DNA of 64,000 bases, from assembly GCA_052327205.1 (NCBI GenBank), contig CM126208.1, positions 109,430,001 through 109,494,000 on the forward strand, given 5' to 3'. Positions within the stretch are counted from its first letter, which is position 1. Each line of letters opens with the position of its first letter. Shown here in pieces: positions 49,038-61,229 of the stretch. The notes beneath the pieces were generated by a model. It was not told where the DNA came from. It saw nothing but the letters and a program-made list of their open reading frames with translations, and searched no databases. A program made the translations under genes and the position numbers. Source of the stretch: Somniosus microcephalus. Lineage: Eukaryota.

Positions 49038-49196
49038 CCAGGGATTCCACCAGACTCCAGTTTGTTTGCAATATCGACATCCCAGGACCAGACATCAAAT
49101 TGCCATTTCCGAAGCCCAAGCACTCCACAAAGCACAGATCCAGAGTGTATTCCTATACGCATGTCAATCTCATGCTTCGTATGGACTCTCACATAT
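49038..49196 (-). CDS. adcy8: Adenylate cyclase 8 coding exon (exon 6 equivalent, C1a)
   Basis: 159 nt, AG/GT; [52 protein letters not shown](G); phase matches the previous exon. Confidence 0.97.
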
Positions 49197-49647
49197 CTAT
49201 CCAAACAAAAAGAAATAAAAATTACAGACATTTTCCAACATTAAAACAAGCTAACTGCTGTAAACTTAAAATTATGCTATGCAAATATAAATGGTTTAAC
49301 GCCTTCATTAAAACAGTGGTCAGAGCAATATGTTAAATGTTTATATTCACACAGCATAATTTCAACAGCATTGTAAATTAAGGGTCAGTTTTCCACTTGT
49401 GCACTCCTGTTAGAAAATCATGGGCTGCACAGTAGCAGGAAATGTATCTTTTAATCTCAGTTATTTAGAGTTTAGATATGCCTTTTTTTAAAGTTGTTTA
49501 TAAATGCATATACCAAAGCACTTAATATCTACTACAGAAAATTCATGAATTATTTCAACATTCACTGTCCTCTTAAATGTTATTGATGTCTTAACTGCAG
49601 TAACTTGCTGGATCACTCCGGAATAAACTTCAATACCAAAAGCTCAT

Positions 49648-50344
49648 GGAGGAAAAATTGAGTCATGCCCCCTTTGGGGTGCCAACTACGCCGGGGCACT
49701 ACTTTTAGCGCCCCCAAAAAATTAGCACCCCGCGACTGAAATTCATCGGTAGCACCTCAAGAGGGAAGCGGGGTGCTACTGGAAGTGCCCCGCCTCCCTC
49801 TTGGGGTGCTGTGAGGGAATATCGCGGCGCTATGTGCTGCGGTACTGCAGGCCTTCCTCCCCTTCTTAAAGGGAAGGGGCCTAACGCAGTGTGACCCCGG
49901 GGCCCAGCTGGGCCACCAGGGATCGAAGTGCCGGCAAAAGAGCCCGGCACTCAAGAGAAGTGCCGGGCTCACGGGGCACAGCCGGCACTCCACGGGGGCG
50001 GGGTGGCTGCAGAGGGGGCAGGTGCTGGCAGGCGGCCAGCAATATAAATGGCCACCCGGCACCTCGCCTTTGATTAGCACCATCCTGGCCGTATGTAGGC
50101 CCCCTTGATCCCGTAGCATCCGGCGGTAAGTCAGGGGGCACTACCTAAGTTCGTGGCTGGGGCACAAGCAGGGCGCTGTGCACGGCGATGATGTCATTGC
50201 TGGCAGTGCAGCCCCGTGGGCCGCTAACACTGAATTTCGCAGAAGGTGTTGGCGGCACCGCGCCCGGGCGCTAGTTGCTTTGCGCCCCGTTAGCGCCCTC
50301 TTAGGGCACTAATGGGAGGTGCAAAGCAACCGAATTTCTCTCCC
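49648..50344. mobile_element. Non-autonomous derivative of the long Harbinger family
   Basis: Ends resemble 15695/20078; shares GCGCCCGGGCGCTA and CTCTTAGGGCACTAA subterminal motifs; possible CAT TSD. Confidence 0.78.
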
Positions 50345-52191
50345 CATAAATTGATTTTGAGACATGAGGGATTTTGAATTGACAAATCATTGCCATAAAA
50401 AAGTTTTAACCAGTTGAATGTGCCAGTTGAAATACAATGATGACATTTTGTTGCATTTTAAGTGCCAGATCCTTTCTCAAGAGAGCATGGTTAAATGTCA
50501 TATAATGAATCTTACAAAGAGTTCTTCTTCTTAGGGCAACTGCCTTCCCCCGATCAAACGGCCACAGGTCTGAGCAGCAGCTCAGACAGGCATATTCAGG
50601 TCTTGGCAAGGTGATAACGGTGTGCTCCACCTTGGTTAAAGCAAACATTGATATAGCCCACCTCGCCATCACTGCAAACACATTTGTTGTCTGAACTTGA
50701 AGAGCCGTTAGCAACAATTGTGGCAATGTTTGGAGACTGGACCGCAGCATGTTTTTAGTTGAATGGTGCACAGAATAGTGCATAAATAAGGCTTTGGGAT
50801 ACAGTGGCAGAGGGGGTAAAAACTAGGAATAAGGAAGAAATATAAATATTTGAAATATTCCAACTTGCTTTTCTTTACCTAATCTAGTCCATTCAAATCT
50901 ATGCAATAAAATAATTTATCACATATTGGGGTCATTTTCAATTTCACTGCTTGGGTGGTAACCTGATGGAGCATATTATTCGCTCAATATAGAACCTGTC
51001 CGATTTTCATTTCCATTAATTTTAACTTGTATTTATGTAGCACCTTTTACATGGAAAACGTCCATCGGACTTCATAGAGAAGGAGAAAAATGGACAATGA
51101 ATCTTGGAAAGAGTGTTGGGAAGGTAACTGAAATAAGGGAAGAGAGGTAGTGAGACAGAACCATTTAGGCAGGGAGTTACAGAAAGTAAGGTGAAGACGG
51201 CTGAATACTCTGCCACCATTACAAAAGAAAAATACTGCGGATGCTGGAAATCTGAAATAAAAACCTGGAAATACACAGCAGGTCAGGCAGCTCTGCCACC
51301 ATTGGTGGGGTGGGAGGATGCACGGAAGGCAAGAGGGCGGTTTACATATGTGGCTTGGCAAATTCATTTGAATTAACAATAAGTTCTGTCTATTGGATTG
51401 ACACATGGTTTAGAACACCCCTTTGTGAACAGGAGCAGCTGCACTGAGCCTTACGCTGAATCCAGCTGTGAGGGGTGGTGCCTTGTTGCTGCCATTCAAA
51501 GCTCAACTAGAGCATCTGATCCTCAAAACTACTACTTTGTTGTTGTTCCTTATACTTTCAATGTTATTTCATGCCAGTTCTGAAACAATGATTGGCTCTC
51601 AAAGCCAAGAGCCCTGGTCGTGTGGTATGAGTAAACTCTGTGCTGAGATCACTGACTGTGCGGACAGGCTCAGGTTAGGAGTATAGAAGGATGGCTATGG
51701 CTGATTTTGTGAAGCCAGTGGCTCCTACTGATTTTAATAGGATCCCTGCAAGTAAAATTGCAGCTACAGGCAAAAGTATTGCATGAAAGAAAGAAGTAAC
51801 TAAAAGTCTTGCAATGCAAAAAATCGGCCTTCCATAGCAATAAAAATTAATGCACAAAGAAATTTACCTTGGGTTGTATTGGATCGACCACCTGTTATAC
51901 GCAGCACCAGATATTCAGTTCTATTGCAGTCCCTGGATCAGACACTATGTATAACAGGCGGCCGACCCAATACCAACTGTTACACACCACCGCCTGCCAC
52001 CCACCCCCCCACCCCGAGACCAATTTCTACCCAACTAAGTTTTAATAAATCAAACTTTGCAACCAATGTTCAAAACTACTATACAATTTAAAAAAAGTTT
52101 TCTATAAGCCAGGATAGCAAAATATGAAAGCTTGCCATTTTTGTTTACACCTCCAGTGAAGCTTCACAAAATTGTGAAGAAATTAATACTA

Positions 52192-52655
52192 AATAAGAAA
52201 GAATTTGCAATTCTGTAGTGCTTTTCATGAGCTCAGGATTTCCCAAAGTGCTTTACAGCCAATGAAGCTGACATCTTTGAAGTATCGTTATTGTTGTAAT
52301 GTAGAGAAATGCGGCAGCCAACTTGCACACAGCAAGATCGCACCAAAAACAATGAGATCAATGACCAGAGAATCTGTTTTTTAATGATGTTGATTGAGGG
52401 ATAAATATTGGCTAGGATATGAGGAGAACTCCCCTGCTCTTCTTCGAATAGTACAATGGGATCTTTTACCTCAACCTGAGAGGGCAGATGGGGGCTTGGT
52501 TTAACATCGCATCCAAAAGGCACCACCTCCAGCAGTGCAGCACTCCCTCAGTATTGCACTGAAATGTTAACCTAGTTTATATGTTCTGGAGTGGGGCTTG
52601 AACTCGATCTTCTAACTTAGAAGCAAAAGCACTTCCACTGAGCCAAGACTGACAC
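52192..52655 (-). mobile_element. tRNA-derived DeuSINE (SacSINE1-like)
   Basis: Head TGGCTCAGTGG (A box) and GTTCAAG (B box); central GTAAAAGATCCCAT...GAAGAAGAGCAGGGGAGTTCTCC Deu-like domain; L2-like tail. A related 3' tail is at 1-150. Confidence 0.8.
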
Positions 52656-53121
52656 TTTTTAATAGATCTACCACAAGTATATCGAAATGAGGTGAGCAAA
52701 ATAGATGTTTTATCGATTCAATATGTTTGTGTAATAAAAATGTATCTCAATGTTTCTTGCATAATTTAACAAGGGGAATTGTCACTAAACCCACCACTTG
52801 CGAGCTCTGGCTGGAAAACGCAAACTGAACGAACAAGGTTTTTTCAGGATGTTATTGTTGACTGCACATTTAACCAGTACATCATACCATTTATAATATT
52901 ACCACAATAATGAATCAAAGTATTCAATTAATGTTTAGTCTGTTGAAAACCTAAAATCCATTTAAATCCCCAGTAAAATTCCATATTTAGTATGTTTAAT
53001 CATTTCAGTAATAATCATTAGTAAACACACAACTTTACATAAGTGCATTATGTAAGTTTACTGCCTTAAAGCTAGATTTTTAATGAGCTGAGGCAGACTT
53101 GTATAATTGTGATGAAAATAC

Positions 53122-53249
53122 CTTATAGTTTTGATCATGTTAAGACCCATTTCAACACAGCAGTGTGCGTGGTCGTGACGTGGCTCAGGGAGTCCAGATA
53201 CACAGTAATAGCAATCTCCCAGGATCTTAATTCTAAGACAGTGATGTTC
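53122..53249 (-). CDS. adcy8: Adenylate cyclase 8 coding exon (human exon 5 equivalent, C1a)
   Basis: 128 nt bounded by AG/GT; translates [42 protein letters not shown](R), including the GDCY catalytic motif. Not in the ORF track. Confidence 0.97.
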
Positions 53250-54286
53250 CTAAAATGTTATTAAAAATGCATTACTTTAATTAATATACGGTACTACAGA
53301 ATTGTGTCAAGTGGAACTTTTTGCATGCACGGTATAACAAGAAAAAATCATTGTCTTACTGTACACTTGTCAAAGCTGCTATTTGCTATACATTTACAGC
53401 GAAGAGAGTATTGTTGCACATTTTCATACTTTCGCATTTATAGAACATTCTGAAAATTATATTTGAGGTAAAAACCAGAAAATAGTCATTTCTCTTCAGT
53501 GACATATCAGGAGATTAGGGATCTGGGAAAAGCACTCCAGGCACTTTAAAAAGGCAATCTCAAGAATCCTTGAAATATTACAACTTATCTAGAATTACTG
53601 GGCTACATATGAAGCCTTGAAATATGTATTTAAATTCAAATTTAAGTAAGTAAAGTGTTTCCTTTTGCTAAACACTGTGACACAATGCCACATGTCGCAT
53701 AATAATGTATTGTTCTGCCTAGAAAATAACATTTCATGAATCACGGGTAATATGCAATATAAACGACTCTTTAAGCTAATAGTTGAGTTCTGAGGGCTAC
53801 GACCTATTCTAATTAGCACTACCTCTCCAGAGGTGCTATATGTCTGTGTCAATTTGATTATAAAACATAGTGGGGTTGAAATTGGTCTTCGCCAGTAATG
53901 TAAAATGGGCTCAGAGCAAATGGGTGTCAAAGGAAAAGAAAATAGTCCATCAGCTGAAAGATTTATTTATAGATATAAACAATTGTTTGCTTATACAACA
54001 TGTTAAGAGGAACTTAGGAGTAAAAAGGCACCTGGACAGCAGTGACCATAATATTATTAGAATTAATTTGATCAACCAAAGCAAGACAGCTGAAAGTGTA
54101 ATGCTAGTACCAGATTATTAGAGGGCTAAATTTACAAAGATGGCAAATGACTTGAGTAAAATTGGGTGGGAGGTCCTAATGAAGAAACACTGAAGAGAAA
54201 TTGAATACTGTTAGAACCATCCTTACACAGAAGGAAGCAATGCAAGTCTCCAGGATTAAAAGAGAGGCCTACGGTAAAATAAAACT

Positions 54287-55365
54287 AAAGAACAAAATAC
54301 TGTGGATGCTGGAAATCTGAAATGAAAACAGAAAATGCTGGAAATACTCAGCAGGTCAGGCAGCAACTGTGGGGAGAGAAACAGAGTTAATGTTGCAGGT
54401 CATTGACCTTTCATCAGAACTGGAAAAAGTTAGAGATGTAACAGGTTTTAAGCAAGTACAGAGGCAGGGAAAGGGGGGGAGGGGAGGAAAGAACAAAAGG
54501 GAAGGTCTGTGATAGGTGGAAGGCAGGAGTGATTAAATGACAAAAGGTATGATTGTACAAAGCAAAAGGAAATGGTAATGGGACAAATAAAGAAACAAAA
54601 GATGAGTCTAGAAGAGGTGTAAATGGGAATATCAGAATCACCAGCAACAGCTGCCGTTCGAAAAAATGGGGGCAGAGGTTATGATCTGAAATTATTGAAC
54701 TCAATGTCGAGTCCGAAAGGCTGTAAAGTGCCTAATAGAAAGATGAGATGCTGTTCCTCGAGTTTACGTTGAGGTTCATTGGAACAGTGTAGGAAGCCAA
54801 GTACAAAGAGGTCAGAGTGGGAGTGGAGCAGAGAATTGAAATGACAGGCAACCGGAAGCTCGGAGTCACGCTTACAGACTGAACGGAGTTGTTCTGCAAA
54901 GCGGTCACCCAATCTGTGTTTGGTCTCCCCAATGTAGAGGAGACTGCATCATGAGCAGCGAATACAGTATACTAAATTGAAAGAAGTACAAGTAAATTGT
55001 TGTTTCACCTGGAAGGAGTGTTTGGAGCCCTGGACGGTGGGAAGGGAAGAGGTAAAAGGGCAGGTGTTGCATCTCCTGCACTTGCAGGGGAAGGTGCCAT
55101 GGGAAGGGGAGTGGGTGGTCGGGGTGATTGAGGAGTGGACCAGGGTGTCGCGGAGGGAATGGTTCCTTCGGAATACTGAAAGGGGAGGGGAAGATGTGTT
55201 TGGTGGTGGGATCACGCTGGAGGTGGCGGAAATGACGGCGGATGATCCGTTGAATGTGGAGGCTGGTGGGGTGAAAGGTGAGGACAAGGGGAACCCTATT
55301 GTGGTTTTGGGAGGGAGGGCAAGGGGGTGAGAGCAAAGTGCAGGAAATGGAACGGACACAGTCCA
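54287..55365 (-). mobile_element. Penelope-like element fragment (GIY-YIG endonuclease + terminal repeat region)
   Basis: CNTC...VYCIRC...YIGETK.RLGDRF.E...PVACHFNS..HSH...RKLEEQHLIF.LGTLQP.GL. Confidence 0.92.
54385..54421 (-). ncRNA. Mutated minimal hammerhead ribozyme in the Penelope element
   Basis: CUGAUGA and stem II retained, but GAAA>GCAA and CGUU>CAUU. Confidence 0.6.
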
Positions 55366-56336
55366 TTAAAATTAAATTGGCTAACTGGTTATGTCCAAAG
55401 ATGAATTATAGGTTTAAAGAAAAGAACTCTCAGGGGAACAGGAATAGGTATCAAACTCAGCAGGGGGCAACGGAAGCTGCTGTCAGAGCAGCCAGAAGGA
55501 CATTAGCGAAGAGGATCCTGCAGAGGTGTGCTAGTAATAGCAAGGTCTTTTTCAATTATGTTAGCCACAGAGCCATTAAGGACTGTATAGGGCCATTGAA
55601 GGATTTCACAGGACAAATTCAGGTAGACTCCCAGGCTTTGGTAGAGATTTAACATGGTTACATTGCATCAGTCTTTATTATTGAAGATAATGCTGGATTA
55701 TCAATAATATAGAATAGGATTGATGTAACTGAATGTATTAAAGTAGATATGGATGTAGTCCTGGCTAGAATTAACTTTTCCAAAATAGATTGGACTGCTG
55801 GCTCTGATAGCATTTACTCAAAGGTGCTCAAAGAAATGGGAGCTGTGCTTTGTGAGACCCTTGCTCATATATTTAATATCTCACTGGGATCTGGGATTAT
55901 TCCCATGGACTGGAAAGAGGCCCACATGTGCCATTGTTTCAAAAGAATTTTTGGCTCATTAGTGAAGGAGTGTATGTACAACTTGTACCATTTTCTGGAG
56001 GTGCAGGAAGTGAAGAAACCATACACAATCATGTATTTGTAATAAGGAAGTGGACTTCATTTAAATGTATGGTTTACTTGACCAAAGAAAACTACCCAGT
56101 AAGCCTTGTGCATAGACAGTGGAAACTATTGCAGCTAACAAAAAGAAAAACTTGTCCTTGGAGGCTTTAGCAGTTGATTAGATCTTATGCTCCTCTGTGA
56201 TAAGTGCTTAGGAACCACAAAGGCCTATTCAATTCATAGATTCTTCGATAAGAAAGCTATGGAACTCCAAAGTGTCCTTGATTATATCTCTTACATTTAA
56301 TCACTGCTATTGATTGAGTTTGCTAACACTGAATCC

Positions 56337-56760
56337 TGTGGGTATGTGCTGAAGAAGATATGATTGTATTTGAAACCTTGAGACAAGAGCGGAACATCAT
56401 GTTGAGACTTGGTCAAAACCCTAATTGCCGAGACGGCTGGTACGGCATGACGCACCAAGAGTGGACGAACAGGAAAAACATCACGTAAAGGACAGATAGA
56501 TAACTGCCCGGTCATATGACTGACCCAGGGGATATAAAGGACTATGAGACTAAGCAGCTGTACTGCTGCCGGGTGGGTTGGTTCCCCACACAAAGATCTA
56601 CAAGAGCTCAACCGAACTAATCAATCGTTTGGACTTGCACCAAGGGAGTGTGTGTATTGTTTGCTTACTGTTGACTAATCAAGTAAAATGTTGAACTAAG
56701 ACTACCTGTTGTTGTGTCTTTCCTACGGGTCAACCCTTAAGCTTCTCAGTTGAAGAAGCA
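56337..56760 (+). mobile_element. Solo LTR (424 bp)
   Basis: TG...CA ends; 6-bp TSD GAATCC on both sides; TATA (GATATAAAGG, ~56530) and AGTAAA polyA-like signal (~56681). Confidence 0.78.
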
Positions 56761-56838
56761 GAATCCTACATTAGTTTGGCTTTGTTTAGAGGCAGGTTGC
56801 TAGAGGGATTGCTAAAGTTGCTAGAAATACACTGTATC

Positions 56839-57084
56839 CTTCCCAGGCGTCGAAGACCTCGAGTCTCTTCGCCGGGAGCAAGCGGAAGCCAAGCGCAAGC
56901 AGCAGAAGGAGCGCACATCAACCCAAGCACCCCACCCACCCGACCCTTTAACCACCGTCTGCCCCACCTGCGACAGAGACTGTAGGTCCCGCAGTGGACT
57001 CATCAGTCACCTGAGAACTCATTTTTAGTGTGGAAGCAAGTCATCCTCGGTTCCGAGGGACTGCCTAAGAAGAAGAGAAGAAGA
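56839..57084 (+). mobile_element. RTE-clade LINE 3' end
   Basis: Terminal CPTCDRDCRSRSGLISHLRTHF* zinc finger, short 3' UTR, (AAG)n tail, GTATC duplicated at the flanks. Confidence 0.78.
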
Positions 57085-57280
57085 GTATCTCTTGACAGAG
57101 AAGGGCTTATTAGAGAGTCTCAACATGTCTTCTGGAAAAGAAGATCCTGTCCCACCAACCTGGTTGAATTTTTTGAGGAAGTCACAAAGCTGGTGGATGT
57201 TGTAAATCTAGACATTGTGTACCTAGACTTTAAAAAAGCCTTTGACTAATTGCCACACAAAACGCTATTAAGTAAATTGA

Positions 57281-58343
57281 TTGAATTTTTTGAGGAGGTA
57301 ACAAGAAGGGTTGATGAGGGTAGTGCATTTGATGTAGTCTAGGTGGATTTTAGCAAGGCTTTTGACAAGGTCCCACATGGCAGACTGGTCAGAAAAGTAA
57401 AAGCCCATGGGATCCAAGGGACTGTTGCAAGTTCGATCCAAAATTGGCTCAATGGCAGGAGCAAAGGGTAATGGTCGTCTGGTGTTTTTGTGACTGGAAG
57501 GCTGTTTCCAGTGGGGTTCCGCAGGGCTCAGTACTAGGTCCCTTGCTTTTTGTGGTATATATCAGTGATTTAGACTTCAATGTAGGGGGCATGATTAAGA
57601 AGTTTGCAAATGATACAAAAATTGACTGTCTGGTTGATAGTGAGGAAGAAAGCTGTAGACTGCAGGAAGATATCAATGGACTGGTCAGGTGGGAAGAAAA
57701 GTGGCAAATGGAATTCAATCCGGAGAAGTGTGAGGTAATGCATTTGGGGAGGGCTAACAAGGCAAGGGAATACACTATAAATGGTAAGATACTGAGAAGT
57801 GTAGAGGAACACAGGGACATTGGCGTACATGTCCACAGATCCCTGAAGGTAGCAGGGCAGGTAGATAAGGTGGTTAAGAATGCATATGGGATACTTTCCT
57901 TTATTAGCTGAGGCACAGAATATAAGAGCAGGGAGGTTATGCTTGAACTGTATAAAACATTAGTTCAGCCACAGCTAGAGTACTGCATACAGTTCTGGTC
58001 ACCACATTACAGGAAAGATGTGATTGCACTAGAGAGGGTACAGAGGAGATTTCCAAGGATGTTGCCAGGACTGGAGCATTTTAACTATGAGGAAAGATTG
58101 GATAGGCTGGGGCTGTTTTATTTGGAACAGAAGGATGAGGGGAGATTTAATTGAGGTGTATAAAATTATAAGGGACCCAGATAGAGTTGATAGGAAGGAT
58201 CTATTTCCCTCAGAGAGAGGACAATAACCAGGGAATATGGATTTGAAGTAATTGGTAGAAGGGTTACAGGGGATTTGAGGAGAACATTTTTTACCCAGAG
58301 GGTGGTGGAGGTCTGGAACTCACTGCCTGAAAGGGTGGTAGAG
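57281..58343 (+). mobile_element. CR1 LINE RT fragment, same subfamily as 41080-42665
   Basis: GVPQGSVLGPLLFVVYI...KFAND; near-identical to the reverse complement of 41.3-42.3 kb. Confidence 0.92.
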
Positions 58344-59781
58344 AATGTAGATAAATAGTATTATGAACTTGAATAGGTGCAACGCCAAGCATATATACAC
58401 CATGCATAATGAGGTGTTCAAGGCTGCTGAACAGGGGAAGGATCAAGTTAGGTAGCATGAGTCATTGACGGTCCATGTCCAATGCCACTAGGCTATTATA
58501 AATGCAAATAGGGTGTTAGGATATCTTGCCAGGACAATTAAATACAAAACAAGAAATATCATCCTTTCTCTGTGTAAGGCCTTGGTCAGGTCACATCTAG
58601 AATACTGTGCCCAGTTTTGGTCCCCTCACATGGTGGGTGGTATAGAGGCAATGGAAAGTGTTCAGAGGAGGACCACTAGATTGATTGCTAGTTTAAGGGC
58701 ATTCAGTAACTTGAAAATAATGAAAGAATAGAGTATTTGAGCTAGATAGGGCAGGGAGGATCAGGGGACATGCATAAGTTATGAAAGCATAGAAATAGTT
58801 TAGAAGTTCGGAGGTATTTCTTTTGGCAGTGTTATTGACCTCTGGAATAATTTGCCAGCACGTGCAGTGAGTGCAGATTCGCTGCAAGTATTCAAAAGGG
58901 AGCTGGGCGAGTTTCCAAGAATGATTAACATGTCTACACATAGAAGGCAGGTGGGTCATTGGGGTTGTGTCACACAGTCATTGTAGTCTCCGGGAACTTG
59001 TTTGATCAGCTTCAGAGGTCAGAAATGAATTGCACAGAGATTTTTCCTGGGTTGGCCTATGGGTTTTTTCTGGGGTTGTTTTTGCCTTTCCAGGAGATTG
59101 CATGGCTGTGAGGGTGGGTGTTGGGGTTGAGGGGTGGGGATGGTTTTCAGAAGTTACACCATGCCAAGAGAGGACTTGTTTGGTGGATCAGCTGGTCTTT
59201 ATCTTTCTTTTTTGTATGTTTTTATGCAAGCTTTTGGCCATCTGCTCTAATATCTCCTTATGTGGCTTGGTGTCAAATTTTGTTTGATAATGTTTCTGTG
59301 AAGCGCCTTGGGACATTTTACTACGTTAATGGTGCTACATAAATGCAAGTTGTTGTTGTTGTTGCTTGCAAATTCCCAGCAGCCTATTTTTGTTTGTAAT
59401 GTATTTGCATGAATTCCAACTAATTAATATGCACTTTGTAGTGTTTAGCTATAAATGCCAGTTGCAAATAAGTACTTAAAATTAACTTAGCTTTCATCAT
59501 CTTTCAAAGCAATTGTTAGACTATAGCCATGTTCTTTGTCTTTTAAGTCATCCATCTGGCTGTTTTGATTATCAGTTCAGATTATTAGAGGACTGTGACT
59601 GAAGTTATAAAGAGCCGCTTAAACAGGTCCTTCCAGATTATTAGGTGGCCATGATCAACATGATACCATTTAACCCTTAAAGCACTGACATCAAAATGCT
59701 GGTATTAATCTTGTAGCCCTCTGATTAACTCTTTCCAATAACATATCACTTTTGAAGTAGGGGCCCAAAAGTGGACACAAT

Positions 59782-59964
59782 TGACGGAACTTTCAACTTT
59801 GACAGGGGTGTAGAACGGGTAATATTAGATCAGCTGTCCACTATACACCCCGCCCAATTTTCCTTTTCATTGAAGTCAATGAAGACAATCGGGCAGGGTG
59901 TATAACAGGTGGCCGATCTGATATCGGCCGTTTTACACTCCCGCCATAGTTAAAAGTTCCACCC
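59782..59964. mobile_element. Palindromic (foldback) MITE; relatives at 51865-52032 and 50928-51020
   Basis: Long imperfect inverted arms around a central TTCATTGAAGTCAATGAA; interrupts a CR1 fragment. Confidence 0.75.
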
Positions 59965-60031
59965 GATACTCCAGATGCAGTCTTACCAAGGAAACAGACC
60001 ATTTAAAAGAAGCTGCTTCAATTTAAATGTT

Positions 60032-60801
60032 GGCCCGGAATTTGCGGTGGGTCATAACAGTGAACGAACAGCCTTCGCCGTTATTACCACTTTGAAACTA
60101 ACCGCAACTTTAGGATGTAGCACATGCGCATCTAAATACAGAAATCCTGAAGTTCTGGTCAGTTATTCACTGCTCCAACACTAGCTGCACTGTGCCGCTC
60201 CCACCTCCCCCCCACCCCCCATAGCCGGCAATCAGTGAAATCAATGAAACTGATGAAAACTTGAGCTTTTCCGTGGTAATATCCCTGTTAAATACCCCAT
60301 TAAAAGTTAGGCCTTGTTGGTTTAGGTGTAACTGAGGTTTTAACAGCATATTGACTGCTAAATTATAGACCTGAAAAGCTATTTTCAATTTTATGGAATG
60401 TTAAATTTCCCCATAATGATGACAATTACAATTTTTAAGAAACTTAAAAAATATATATTTTTTAAAAGTTTGCTCATATTTATTTCAGGTTTACCTTTTC
60501 CCCATGTGAGAGCCCCAATCTTTTGCTCTCTCTAACATTTTTAAAATGACAGAATAAAAGGAGCTTCTTCACTCCATGGTTCTTGGTCTGTGAGAATTCT
60601 GCATTGTGATTGGCTGCTTAGACAGCTTGTTGATGTCACAGCAGCTCGCACTAGAGATTCCCCACTATTGAACACTGATCTCACGTACGCGTCGAGAAAG
60701 GCAAGCTTCTCGCCACAGAGATCGCACGATCTTTGTGGGCAGCTTTCTTCGGAGCCAACAACGAACGCCTTTGCTTCGTCGCTGACCGCAAATTCCGGGC
60801 C
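60032..60801. mobile_element. Harbinger-type MITE
   Basis: Perfect 17-bp TIR GGCCCGGAATTTGCGGT/ACCGCAAATTCCGGGCC; flanks GTT/ATT. Confidence 0.88.
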
Positions 60802-61229
60802 ATTATATCCTTTGCTATACAGCCAAACATTTTGTTTATTCTCTTTGCAACCTGGGAATAGTAAGTTGATTGTGTTGGTGAGCTGTCCACTAAATTCTGA
60901 GACCCCTTTTGGCTCTGATCCCTCCACTATGTTCCCACTGTGTGTATATATTCCATATCCCCTTTCTTGCCAGATCTTACCACTTTATATTTACCTGCAT
61001 TAAATGCAGTTGCCATTATTCTGCTCATAAACAAAGCATCTTTCTGAATTTGTGCATGGTGAATCTTATTATTTGTCACTGTTCATATTTTGGCGTCATT
61101 CTCAAACTTGAACTGATTCCAGTCTCTAAGTCATCTATGAAACTGATAAACAACAGTGCTGAAGCAATATAAAACATATATTTGAATAATAAACAATGCT
61201 AAAAGCCAAAGAAATTGTCCTTGTGGAGG

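Larger units (their letters stand above)
53940..59225 (+). mobile_element. Old, degenerate CR1-family LINE fragmented by later insertions
   Basis: Collinear degenerate ORF2 pieces (SDHN, KVLKE, LDFKKAFD, HLEYCAQFWSP); its 3' UTR resembles 9180-9470. Confidence 0.7.

Noticed and set aside
50406-50783. 125-aa ORF in unique intronic DNA
   Set aside because: No recognisable domain or splice signals; may be conserved non-coding DNA, but this cannot be shown here
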